DNA from: a virus
Virus record (IMG/VR): IMGVR_UViG_3300046171_000193
Location: 32,001-96,000 of that record
Length of the DNA: 64,000 nucleotides
Direction: 5' to 3' (one strand)
Shown here: piece by piece, positions 9,444-17,628 of the stretch
How positions within the stretch are numbered: position 1 is the first letter of the stretch
Layout of the letters: the number at the start of each line of letters is the position of its first letter
The notes under the pieces: generated by a model
Databases searched by the model: none
What the model saw: the letters and a program-made list of their open reading frames with translations, nothing else
Told to the model about the DNA's origin: nothing
Program-made: the position numbers and the translations under genes

Positions 9444-9762
9444 ACCACGCATAACGTGTAAATGGCTAGAAGACGATAATATTCTTATCAATCCAGACGG
9501 TCAAGTTCTTCCATGTTGCTACTTAGGAAACACTAACTTTTTAAACGATTTAGACAGCAGTGAAGGTAGATCATGGAACAACCATGAAGTATTAATTAAA
9601 TATAAGGAAAATAAAAAACTATTTAATTTAAATCATAAAACATTAGATGAAATATTAATGTCAGAATGGTTCAATGTTGATCTTCCAAAATCTTGGGAAA
9701 GCTATGATACGCTGGCTTTACCTTGTAAAACGTTTTGTGATGGCTTTGAAAAAAAATTATAA
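9433..9762 (+). CDS. Stand-alone SPASM/twitch Fe-S domain
   Basis: ITCKW..INPDGQVLPCCY...CKTFC; AGGTG RBS. Confidence 0.85.
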   Translation: MTDKPRITCKWLEDDNILINPDGQVLPCCYLGNTNFLNDLDSSEGRSWNNHEVLIKYKENKKLFNLNHKTLDEILMSEWFNVDLPKSWESYDTLALPCKTFCDGFEKKL

Positions 9763-9772
9763 GTGATTGATT
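9760..9772 (-). promoter_or_regulatory. IHF-consensus site
   Basis: Reverse complement AATCAATCACTTA matches WATCAANNNNTTR, about 40 bp upstream of an early promoter. Confidence 0.35.
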
Positions 9773-9810
9773 TTCAACAAAACTATTTTTCAAAAAACCG
9801 CAATTAACTG

Positions 9811-9839
9811 TGTACAAATGCTTCTGAATAGTGTAGGAT
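9811..9839 (+). promoter_or_regulatory. Early (sigma70-like) promoter
   Basis: TGTACA-N17-TAGGAT; one of five copies with identical spacing. Confidence 0.75.
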
Positions 9840-9864
9840 GGTTACATCAAATGAGGAGATAACC

Positions 9865-10194
9865 ATGAAAGTTACAGTTTATCATAAAGATTTCGATACA
9901 AGCAGCTTCACAAAAGTTGCCATTGTTAATGTTCCAAAAGAACATGCTAGCATAAAGAAAGCTGCTCTTGAGTATGCTTATCGTTGGACTCAGAATATTG
10001 CTGATAGCTGGAGCCATCCTCAAGGCGTTACCGATAAGAACGAGAACGTTGAGATTGTTGCCGATCTTCCTGTACATAATGGACGTACTATGGGTCTTCG
10101 TTCTTCTATGATGTTTGACCGCATGGATTTTGGCGGTGATGATGTATATGAAGTTGCAATGTGTGGCTTCGATAGAGTAAAGGAGGCAGCGTAA
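9865..10194 (+). CDS. Hypothetical early protein
   Basis: GAGGAG RBS before ATG 9865. Confidence 0.7.
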   Translation: MKVTVYHKDFDTSSFTKVAIVNVPKEHASIKKAALEYAYRWTQNIADSWSHPQGVTDKNENVEIVADLPVHNGRTMGLRSSMMFDRMDFGGDDVYEVAMCGFDRVKEAA

Positions 10195-10589
10195 TGTATA
10201 CTTTTGAAGATAACCTTTTTTCTGATCTGCACAAAGAAGTGTATGGTTTTCGTCCTCGCTATCACCGTTATTATGAATCTTCTAATGATGAAAAGCAAAA
10301 GATCTGGGATGATCTTGTAGACGAGATGGATCAGGCTGTAGCTGATGCTCGTCAAATAGTCAAAGAAGCAATTGGCAGATTTGAAGATCGTATCGCAGAT
10401 GTTATCAAGATTGGTGCTGGTGATCGTAAGACAGCTCTTCGTTGGATCACAGCTAACGAGAAGTTTTTTCACGAACAGAGTGTTGAGCATTTTGTTTGGG
10501 AACAAGGGCTCTTAAACTCTGACTATGGTAAGGCTCTTATAAAAGAGCTTGTAAACTTAGTTGAATACGAAGACATGGAATGGGCATAA
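10194..10589 (+). CDS. Hypothetical early protein
   Basis: AGGAGG RBS; SDLHKEVYGFRPR motif. Confidence 0.7.
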   Translation: MYTFEDNLFSDLHKEVYGFRPRYHRYYESSNDEKQKIWDDLVDEMDQAVADARQIVKEAIGRFEDRIADVIKIGAGDRKTALRWITANEKFFHEQSVEHFVWEQGLLNSDYGKALIKELVNLVEYEDMEWA

Positions 10590-10819
10590 TGGAAGGAATT
10601 GAATTTGATGGAAAAGTTTACGACGATAGGCACGGAGGCCCTTTTGATCGTGGAGCGGCTGATTCGTATTACCGTAGGGGTTCTAATCCTCATTATTATA
10701 TCGGTTCAACTTATCAATCTCCTATCATAAAAGAAGATGAGATGACTAATGAGCAATTGGATGCATATCAAGCAGGCTATAGATATAATCAAGAGCAAGG
10801 CGATTTTAAAGAGTGGTGA
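10589..10819 (+). CDS. Hypothetical early protein
   Basis: TAATG coupling; HGGPFDRGAADSYY motif. Confidence 0.7.
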   Translation: MEGIEFDGKVYDDRHGGPFDRGAADSYYRRGSNPHYYIGSTYQSPIIKEDEMTNEQLDAYQAGYRYNQEQGDFKEW

Positions 10820-10820
10820 T

Positions 10821-11054
10821 ATGTTTACAAATGAAATTGATTGGGATGAAACCGTAACAACAGTTATGGACGAAACAGGAAGAGAAGAGGATGTAGTCTT
10901 ATTTGTCGGAGACACTGGTGTCTACATTCGTCAGTGGAATGAGAGGAATAATAACCATGATCTTATTTCGATGAATCACAAAATGTTTACCGAGTTGTTA
11001 CAAGCGGTAAAACACGAAGAAGGATTCTTTCGTACTGTTGTAAAAAGGGTGTGA
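10821..11054 (+). CDS. Hypothetical protein
   Basis: Likely start ATG 10821 immediately after upstream stop. Confidence 0.6.
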   Translation: MFTNEIDWDETVTTVMDETGREEDVVLFVGDTGVYIRQWNERNNNHDLISMNHKMFTELLQAVKHEEGFFRTVVKRV

Positions 11055-11092
11055 TAAAAATATTACACCTAAAAACTAAATATATTTAACTG

Positions 11093-11121
11093 TGTACATT
11101 CGTGTATTTTCAGTGTAGTAT
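11093..11121 (+). promoter_or_regulatory. Early promoter
   Basis: TGTACA-N17-TAGTAT. Confidence 0.75.
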
Positions 11122-11146
11122 AGGATTATAACATGAGGAGAAATGT

Positions 11147-11416
11147 ATGACTAATCAAGAAAAAGCTGACCGTTTAGCAACTATTACTAAAATCGCTGAA
11201 AGACAAAAGCGTGAAAAAGCAACTGCGTTGCGTATGGCTAAGCTCAAAGCTAGTTCTAAAACTTTTACAAAAAGAGCGCCAAAGAAAAAGCGCGACTTCA
11301 TGGAGATTCCAAAAGAGTCTAACATGTACCAGTGGACTGATGCTAGTAAGTACGCTAAAGAATACTATGGAGAAACCATGTATGAAACAACCAGATACGA
11401 CAATGACTGGGATTAA
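11147..11416 (+). CDS. Hypothetical basic protein
   Basis: GAGGAG RBS directly after promoter. Confidence 0.7.
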   Translation: MTNQEKADRLATITKIAERQKREKATALRMAKLKASSKTFTKRAPKKKRDFMEIPKESNMYQWTDASKYAKEYYGETMYETTRYDNDWD

Positions 11417-11741
11417 TGGAATAGAAGTCGAGTTAATGCTGAATCCATTAAAGGCTCAGCTTGACAAACTCGAGCAAACCACGACAAACATCAGTATCAA
11501 GTTAGATTCCTTGATACATGTTACTCTTGCGTGGAATGAAAGTATCGACAATATTAATGAGCATTTAAAAGAAAGCATGGGCGTAATTAAGGATCATGTT
11601 GGTCTCATAGAAGACGATAATATGCAAATTGATATTGAAGAGTTTATTTTAAAAAGTTCTTATGAAAAAGACGAAGAGGATGATAAGGTAATACACCTGA
11701 GTCCTGATTTATTTAATGGAGGCGAAAGCAGTGATAAGTGA
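11403..11741 (+). CDS. Hypothetical acidic coiled-coil protein
   Basis: Likely start ATG 11403; fills gap in operon. Confidence 0.5.
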   Translation: MTGINGIEVELMLNPLKAQLDKLEQTTTNISIKLDSLIHVTLAWNESIDNINEHLKESMGVIKDHVGLIEDDNMQIDIEEFILKSSYEKDEEDDKVIHLSPDLFNGGESSDK

Positions 11742-11760
11742 AATTGAAATGGAGATTACG

Positions 11761-11997
11761 GTGGACCGTAGTGAGATGATGCAAGAGTTACGTGATCGTA
11801 ACTGTGAAGTTATCTTTCGTAAAGTTGATGGTACTGAACGTACTATGATTTGTACTCTGAATGAGAGTGCGATTGATAATGGAGATACAGCAAAACGTGA
11901 AGTCAAATCGCGTAACGATAATGTTCTTGCTGTATGGGATGTAGAAAATAAAGGATGGCGATCTTTCCGGATCGACTCTGTCATATCTTTTACATAG
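11761..11997 (+). CDS. WYL_2/SH3 beta-barrel protein (DUF2693-like)
   Basis: FRKVDGTERTMICTL...VWDVENKGWRSFRIDSV; GGAG RBS before GTG 11761 (start uncertain). Confidence 0.8.
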   Translation: MDRSEMMQELRDRNCEVIFRKVDGTERTMICTLNESAIDNGDTAKREVKSRNDNVLAVWDVENKGWRSFRIDSVISFT

Positions 11998-12005
11998 TAT
12001 AAATA
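11998..12005 (+). promoter_or_regulatory. T4-type late promoter
   Basis: TATAAATA. Confidence 0.6.
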
Positions 12006-12010
12006 GATAA

Positions 12011-12214
12011 ATGTTTATACCGTTAGAATACCTTTTTGCTATTACTACAACAGTTGTAGCATACTTGACTTATCGTCTTGGCAAAAAAGATGATGCTGAC
12101 TTTAGAGACGATGTAGTTAACTCAACTATAGATTATCTTATTCAAGAAAATATGGTAAAATGGAAACGTCACAGTGACGGCGAGATAGAATTATTTCCTC
12201 TCGACGAAAAATAA
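12011..12214 (+). CDS. Small membrane-anchored protein
   Basis: N-terminal TM. Confidence 0.55.
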   Translation: MFIPLEYLFAITTTVVAYLTYRLGKKDDADFRDDVVNSTIDYLIQENMVKWKRHSDGEIELFPLDEK

Positions 12215-12217
12215 CTG

Positions 12218-12246
12218 TGTACATTTCTGTTTTTTCGTGTTAGAAT
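12218..12246 (+). promoter_or_regulatory. Early promoter
   Basis: TGTACA-N17-TAGAAT. Confidence 0.75.
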
Positions 12247-12271
12247 AGTATTATATTATGAGGAGTATATT

Positions 12272-12754
12272 ATGGAACAAGTGAAAAAGATTCGTAAGAA
12301 ACGTAAGCCAATGTCAGAAGAGCAGCGAGCAGCTGCAGCTGAACGACTTAAGGTAGCACGAGAAAAACGTATGAAAGCAAATCCGCCTACGTACAAGAAT
12401 ATACATCCTGACGTATTAGCTGTACCAGAAAATCAGCCTATGTCTTTAAAGAGTGTACGACAGTGGATTAAAACACAAAAGGATCTGATGTCAGCCGAGC
12501 GTAAAGCTATGCGAGCTGATACAAATAATAAAACTGGTGCCTATAGTAGATTTCATAATCATCAATCATACATTAGAAACCTAGAACGCTATTTACGTGA
12601 TGGCGTATATGCTGATGATTTCTATGGTGAGTATGGTACATCTAAAATTAAATGGCATTGCTTAGTACCTGCCTATGATAAAGACGGTGAAATCAAACGT
12701 ACGCATGGCGTGTTCTATGATGATATAGGTACTGTATGGAGCGATTATGATTGA
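12272..12754 (+). CDS. Hypothetical T4-like phage protein
   Basis: GAGGAG RBS; basic N-terminus. Confidence 0.7.
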   Translation: MEQVKKIRKKRKPMSEEQRAAAAERLKVAREKRMKANPPTYKNIHPDVLAVPENQPMSLKSVRQWIKTQKDLMSAERKAMRADTNNKTGAYSRFHNHQSYIRNLERYLRDGVYADDFYGEYGTSKIKWHCLVPAYDKDGEIKRTHGVFYDDIGTVWSDYD

Positions 12755-12977
12755 ATCAAAGTTTTTAACTAAATCTAAGTTCAGCATTCTTATCGAGAAT
12801 GCTGTCCTTAAAAAGAAAATGTCATACATGGATGCTGTTCTCGACGTCTGTGATAGGAATGACATTGACCCTGAGGATGTAAAGAAGTTTATATCCACAC
12901 CAATTCGAGACAAAATCGAAGCCGAAGCAATGAGGCTTAACTTTCTTCCGAAAGGAAACACACTACTTTTTGAATAG
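12747..12977 (+). CDS. 33: Late promoter transcription co-activator gp33
   Basis: SYMDAVLDVCDRNDIDPE...KIEAEAMRLNFL; synteny with gp32. Confidence 0.88.
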   Translation: MIESKFLTKSKFSILIENAVLKKKMSYMDAVLDVCDRNDIDPEDVKKFISTPIRDKIEAEAMRLNFLPKGNTLLFE

Positions 12978-12986
12978 GAGAATAAA

Positions 12987-13136
12987 ATGACTACGACTCG
13001 TGACGAACGTATGGCAAAATCTGCAGCAGCCCGAATCAAACGTAGAGGACTGAAGCAAACCTTACTATCAAAGACCGACAGGTTTTTTACGAGAATGAGA
13101 AAACTCCGAAGAAAGAAACAAAAGAGTGTACACTAA
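12987..13136 (+). CDS. 49-aa Arg/Lys-rich peptide (not in ORF track)
   Basis: GGAG RBS; MTTTRDERMAKSAAARIKRRGLKQTLLSKTDRFFTRMRKLRRKKQKSVH. Confidence 0.6.
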   Translation: MTTTRDERMAKSAAARIKRRGLKQTLLSKTDRFFTRMRKLRRKKQKSVH

Positions 13137-13155
13137 CGCATGTATAGTGTATAAT
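13127..13155 (+). promoter_or_regulatory. Early promoter for gp32
   Basis: TGTACA-N17-TATAAT. Confidence 0.8.
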
Positions 13156-13192
13156 AATACAGTAATATTTCAGCAAATACAAGGAAAAATAT

Positions 13193-14095
13193 ATGTCTTT
13201 TGCAAATCTAAAACGTAACAAAGATAACATCTCTAAACTCATCAAAGCAGCCGAAGCAACTGGCGGCGGCGGTGAAAAGAAATCTTATGCAGATGATCGA
13301 ATCTGGAAACCAACAGTCGATCAAGCTGGTAACGGTTACGCTATTCTACGATTCCTTCCTGCCCGTGAAGGAGCCGAACTACCTTGGGCAAGATACTGGG
13401 ACCACGGTTTTAAAGGACCAACAGGTCAATGGTATATCGAAAAATCCCTCACATCAATCGGTCAGAACGATCCAGTCGGTGAACTCAATTCTAGACTATG
13501 GAATACTGGTATCGAAGAAGACAAAGAGGCTGCACGTCGGCAGAAGCGTCGGTTGCATTATGTAACTAACGTCTATGTTGTATCTGATCCTGCTAATCCT
13601 GAACGTGAAGGCAAAGTCTTCTTGTATCAGTTTGGTAAGAAAATCCATGATAAGATTATGGATATGATGCAACCAGAATTTGCAGACGAAGATGCAATTA
13701 ATCCATTTGATATGTGGGAAGGTGCGGACTTTAAATTAAAGATCCGTAACGTTGAAGGCTATCGTAACTATGATAAGTCTGAGTTCGCAAAACAAAAACC
13801 TCTTTTAGATGGTGATGATGCGCAACTCGAAACGGTTTATGATCAGATGTATGATCTATCTGAATGGACAGATCCTACTAGCTATAAAACATATGATGAG
13901 TTAAAAACAAAACTAATGACAATTCTAGGCGAATTTGCAAATGCAGGTGAACCGACTATTGCTCAGACTCGCCAGATGAATGATCCTGAACCAGCACCTG
14001 AACCTCAGCGTGCACCAGTGACTGCTGAGAATGTCAAAGTCGAAGACGATGACGATACTCTAAGCTATTTTGCAAAGCTTGCAGAAGCCGACTAA
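13193..14095 (+). CDS. 32: Single-stranded DNA-binding protein gp32
   Basis: GNGYAILRFLP, HGFKGPTGQWYIE, EGKVFLYQFGKKI, GADFKLKI, acidic tail. Confidence 0.97.
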   Translation: MSFANLKRNKDNISKLIKAAEATGGGGEKKSYADDRIWKPTVDQAGNGYAILRFLPAREGAELPWARYWDHGFKGPTGQWYIEKSLTSIGQNDPVGELNSRLWNTGIEEDKEAARRQKRRLHYVTNVYVVSDPANPEREGKVFLYQFGKKIHDKIMDMMQPEFADEDAINPFDMWEGADFKLKIRNVEGYRNYDKSEFAKQKPLLDGDDAQLETVYDQMYDLSEWTDPTSYKTYDELKTKLMTILGEFANAGEPTIAQTRQMNDPEPAPEPQRAPVTAENVKVEDDDDTLSYFAKLAEAD

Positions 14096-16114
14096 TTAAG
14101 GTTGAACAGGTTGATTTAAATTAAAGCCATCGGTGGCACCACCGGTGGCTACATACGTTCTACGGTCTGTAGTAGCGTTGGTATTTGTTGAACGATTATC
14201 TTGATTAATAATTATTGGTTGCAGGCCTTCCATTAAATTAGCTCGAGCTGCTTCGGCTTCAGCTAGCGCGTCTGCGGTTTGGCTATTACGATTTCTAATC
14301 CTATTATGCATTTTTGCATTACGACTATCAACTCTATTTGCGGCAGCTGATCTGGTCTCTGCATTACCTAAGCCTAAACTAAATGCCGGCATAATTTGTA
14401 CTGGAAAGTCTATACCAAGCTTGTCTAAAGCTTTACCTGTTAATCCAGCAGGTTGTTGTAATGTTACTCCTGGAAAATTAAATTGTAATGCCTCGGACAT
14501 CATAATATAGAGATTATCGCCAAGGTTACGAATAAACGTAGCTACTCTATCAAAGGCGTTTTTAAAGCCATTAATAACTGCTTTAATTTCAAATTCTACT
14601 TGTGTGGCTATCACATCTCCCATGCCACTGAATATATGACTTATATTTGAAAACAAGGTTGATACAGCAGTTAGAATACCATCTAACTTATTTGTTACAC
14701 TATCAGCCATATTTTTAACAAATTCTATTGGCCCATCAAAAAGACTTGCCACGGAAAACCCTTTACTTTCTTGTGATGGATCTTCTTTGAATATTCCTGT
14801 AATCCAATTCCATGCCGGCATTACTAAGTTATCAAAAATATATTCTCCAAATTTAAAAAGACCTGGAGCAATACCAGTTAAGTTTGTCCAAAGATTCTTA
14901 AATGCTTCTTTCGGATTTGTAAATAAATCTTTTACAAACAAATATGCAGCTTCTATTACTTTAAATGGTGCAGCAACTAAATTTCCAATAGTTTCTTCAA
15001 AACTAAATTCTGACATTTTAGTAGATGCCCAGCTTGCCCATCCTTCAGTAGTTACTTTTCCATTTTCATCTCTTTTCACGCCAAATATTTTGTCAAAGAT
15101 CCAATTAATTCCTGATTTCAAAAGATCGAATGGTGCACCGATAAAGTCACCAACAAAGCCGCCGATGCCTTCACCTAATTTACCAATTACAGTTTGCGCA
15201 TCGCTTTCCATATAAGCTTTTATACCATCAAATGCAGCAAACACCAGGCCGATTGGGTAGAATACTTTTTTGAATACAGCAAGAATTAATCTACCGCCTG
15301 CACCAACAAATTTTGAGATGCCTTTAAATATGTCGCCTTTAAAGAAACCACCGATTGCACTAGTAAAAGATCGTATCGGCCTAAACAAACTGTTTAGTTG
15401 TATTCCAACTCTACCAATTACTCTTGCTATAGGTGATGCATCTTCAGCAGCGTCTCCTGTTAATTTAAGCATTTTACCGGTTGCTGGATCAATACCAAAT
15501 TTTGTCAAGATGCTTGATCTAAATAAATCAAAGGCTTCACCTATTATTTGAGTAAAACCTTTTGGATATGCCACCTTAGGAATAAATCCTTTTGGCCCAA
15601 CTCTAGAACCATTTGCTAAAAGTTTTCCATTCATTGGATCTATGCCAAAAAATCTAGCAACGCTTACTCTTAGAAGATCCATAGCATCGCCGATTCTTGT
15701 AGCAATAGCTCCAGGAAATAATCCTCTTAATCTTGTCCCTACAGATTTTATGTTTTTAATAGCGTCAAGTTCCCATCCTCTAATTCCTTCAAAGGCAAGA
15801 AGAACTCCTGCAACAGCAGCAGTAAGTCCGGCAACCATTTTAGCAAGGTTCCCGGCCATCATAACCAGCGAATTGACACCACTAGTTAAGTCATCTAATC
15901 CTGGAAATGCCATTATCTTGCTTAGATCAAATTCACCAGAGCCTGCTTTTTTGGCTTCACGTTCAGCTTCCATTCTATCTGGAGCTCCGCGTTCGTCTTT
16001 TAGAAATTGTTTCTTAAAAACACGTCCTAAGTCGTTAATAGCAGAAGTTGTATCATCCTGCTTTTGCTCTTGCGAGAGCATGACTCGCATGACGTCATCT
16101 AATGTTGCTGACAT
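14096..16114 (-). CDS. 29: Tape measure / baseplate hub protein (gp29-like)
   Basis: Long amphipathic G/A/F-rich helical protein; synteny downstream of gp26-gp51. Confidence 0.65.
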   Translation of the reverse strand: MSATLDDVMRVMLSQEQKQDDTTSAINDLGRVFKKQFLKDERGAPDRMEAEREAKKAGSGEFDLSKIMAFPGLDDLTSGVNSLVMMAGNLAKMVAGLTAAVAGVLLAFEGIRGWELDAIKNIKSVGTRLRGLFPGAIATRIGDAMDLLRVSVARFFGIDPMNGKLLANGSRVGPKGFIPKVAYPKGFTQIIGEAFDLFRSSILTKFGIDPATGKMLKLTGDAAEDASPIARVIGRVGIQLNSLFRPIRSFTSAIGGFFKGDIFKGISKFVGAGGRLILAVFKKVFYPIGLVFAAFDGIKAYMESDAQTVIGKLGEGIGGFVGDFIGAPFDLLKSGINWIFDKIFGVKRDENGKVTTEGWASWASTKMSEFSFEETIGNLVAAPFKVIEAAYLFVKDLFTNPKEAFKNLWTNLTGIAPGLFKFGEYIFDNLVMPAWNWITGIFKEDPSQESKGFSVASLFDGPIEFVKNMADSVTNKLDGILTAVSTLFSNISHIFSGMGDVIATQVEFEIKAVINGFKNAFDRVATFIRNLGDNLYIMMSEALQFNFPGVTLQQPAGLTGKALDKLGIDFPVQIMPAFSLGLGNAETRSAAANRVDSRNAKMHNRIRNRNSQTADALAEAEAARANLMEGLQPIIINQDNRSTNTNATTDRRTYVATGGATDGFNLNQPVQP
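14125..14150. terminator. GC-rich hairpin at the convergence of gp32 and gp29
   Basis: AGCCATCGGTG-GCAC-CACCGGTGGCT, 11-bp stem with one G-U; no clear U-tract on +. Confidence 0.3.
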
Positions 16115-16124
16115 TACGTTCTAC

Positions 16125-16313
16125 CTAATTTCGTTTTTGTTGTTTAGCTTTATCGTTTTCTTCTCTGATATGTTCTATCAATAATGTTAAGTAAATCTCC
16201 CTTTCCCACGGCATCATGTTTTCTATTTCACTTAACGAATAATGATGATGTTGCATCAAACTAAAATTCGTTTTATAGTGTCCAACCAAGGACTCGTGAG
16301 AAAGGCATACTAC
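16125..16313 (-). CDS. 51: gp51-like baseplate hub assembly segment, probably a -1 frameshift extension of gp26 (not in ORF track)
   Basis: VVCLSHESLVGHYKTNFSLMQHHHYSLSEIENMMPWEREIYLTLL...; internal ATG at 16256 has no RBS. Confidence 0.8.
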   Translation of the reverse strand, partial: VVCLSHESLVGHYKTNFSLMQHHHYSLSEIENMMPWEREIYLTLLIEHIREENDKAKQQKRN

Positions 16314-17011
16314 AAAAAATCCTGCATACCTTGTAATTCAACATTATTATCATGGCCACATTTTCCACACTTAAATTCTAATGTATGTTTCATTTGTGGC
16401 ATTGCTTCCATAAATTCTCTTAGCTTTGTAAATTGATCACCAGATAGTGATTCAATGAAAGCTTGTCTATCAGCTGCAGATTCATCCTTAAACATAATCT
16501 TTTCTTCTGCGGTTTCAACTGATTCAATACATCGTTCTATCATAGCAAATGTCATTTCGGTTTGACTTTTAAAATCACTTAAATCTGTAATATCATTATA
16601 TCTTGGCCATCTCATAACTAAATTGATATTATCAGCAATCTCTAATTTATTATCAATATCCGGAACATCTATTGTAACCTCTTCAATCGGAATCACCATT
16701 TCATTTGGATGTTCACAACTTTCACATTTTAAACCGGCCTTTACTGTTTCACCAACCGACTTAGCTCTAATTCTTGTAAAAAGATATTCTACGTCAAATG
16801 TTGTTAATTTATTTTTTTCAATTGGATCCGACACACAAGCTTCTATAGTATCAACTACCGCAGCCATTGCTTGCTTTTGGTCTTGTGTTTCCATTGCCAT
16901 CATTAAAACCTTTTCTTCCTTTACGAGATAAGGTCTAAATCTCACTGTTTGTTTCGTCGACGGAACTACCGCTTCATATTTGGGTGCCGTGTTTATTTTT
17001 GGTAAAGCCAT
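16310..17011 (-). CDS. 26: Baseplate hub assembly chaperone gp26
   Basis: MALPK, FRPYLVKEEKVL, FDVEYLFTRIRAKSVGE, two CxxC, ends GMQDFL. Confidence 0.93.
   Translation of the reverse strand: MALPKINTAPKYEAVVPSTKQTVRFRPYLVKEEKVLMMAMETQDQKQAMAAVVDTIEACVSDPIEKNKLTTFDVEYLFTRIRAKSVGETVKAGLKCESCEHPNEMVIPIEEVTIDVPDIDNKLEIADNINLVMRWPRYNDITDLSDFKSQTEMTFAMIERCIESVETAEEKIMFKDESAADRQAFIESLSGDQFTKLREFMEAMPQMKHTLEFKCGKCGHDNNVELQGMQDFL
16313..16319 (-). other. Slippery heptamer T TTT TTG (-1 frameshift site)
   Basis: Last two codons of gp26 before TAG; the -1 frame is open into the gp51 segment. Confidence 0.7.
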
Positions 17012-17028
17012 TATATAACCTCATAAGC

Positions 17029-17628
17029 TTAAATTTCAAACCAGTCTTTATACGATAACTGGACATTCAGTTCAACTAATCCGTTCGGATCATTGTTTAA
17101 TTGTATTGCATTCATAGTAGTGCAAAATGCATCTACTAGTTTACAACTATATATCTTCTGTTCGTCAGAATACACATCAGCATCAAGGCTAATGTTAAAA
17201 GGACCAAAAGAAAATGATTGATCAAAAAACCCTGGTATATCATATGCTAAGCCGTGCTTTAACTGATGTATAGTTACGTCACGCGTATATGTAGTCGGGT
17301 AATTCAATTCTTTTGTAATATGATTTGCAGCAAGTTCTTGCCAGTGTTCAAAATACGTCTTTACGCCATAATCATTTGTGACTAAGAATGTCATTGAAAC
17401 ATCTTCAGCAGCATAACCATATGCTACTTTGATTTGTTTCATTCCGATTACGCGTTCGTTTGATAGTACTTGTCTACCAGGTAATTGTATATCTCTACAC
17501 AGAAGGTTAAGACCTCGAGTATCTGCCTGAGCCAGTCCAGGCAACGCCGGCAGGTTAACCTGAAACATATTACTTCTGGCTGGACCGCTGCGTACTGCAC
17601 CTTTTAAGTCATCAACTGATAATGGCAT
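17029..17628 (-). CDS. 54: Baseplate tail-tube initiator gp54 (gp19-like fold)
   Basis: GPARSNMFQV, LLCRDIQLPGR, YFEHWQ, LNVQLSYKDW. Confidence 0.75.
   Translation of the reverse strand: MPLSVDDLKGAVRSGPARSNMFQVNLPALPGLAQADTRGLNLLCRDIQLPGRQVLSNERVIGMKQIKVAYGYAAEDVSMTFLVTNDYGVKTYFEHWQELAANHITKELNYPTTYTRDVTIHQLKHGLAYDIPGFFDQSFSFGPFNISLDADVYSDEQKIYSCKLVDAFCTTMNAIQLNNDPNGLVELNVQLSYKDWFEI

Noticed and set aside
13193-14095. gp32 lacks the Zn-binding Cys residues of T4 gp32
   Set aside because: Zn-free gp32 is common among marine T4-like phages, so not novel
14787-16184. Plus-strand ORFs opposite gp29, and many similar 60-180 aa antisense or alternate-frame ORFs in the track
   Set aside because: Shadow ORFs of long recognisable genes; no RBS or motifs
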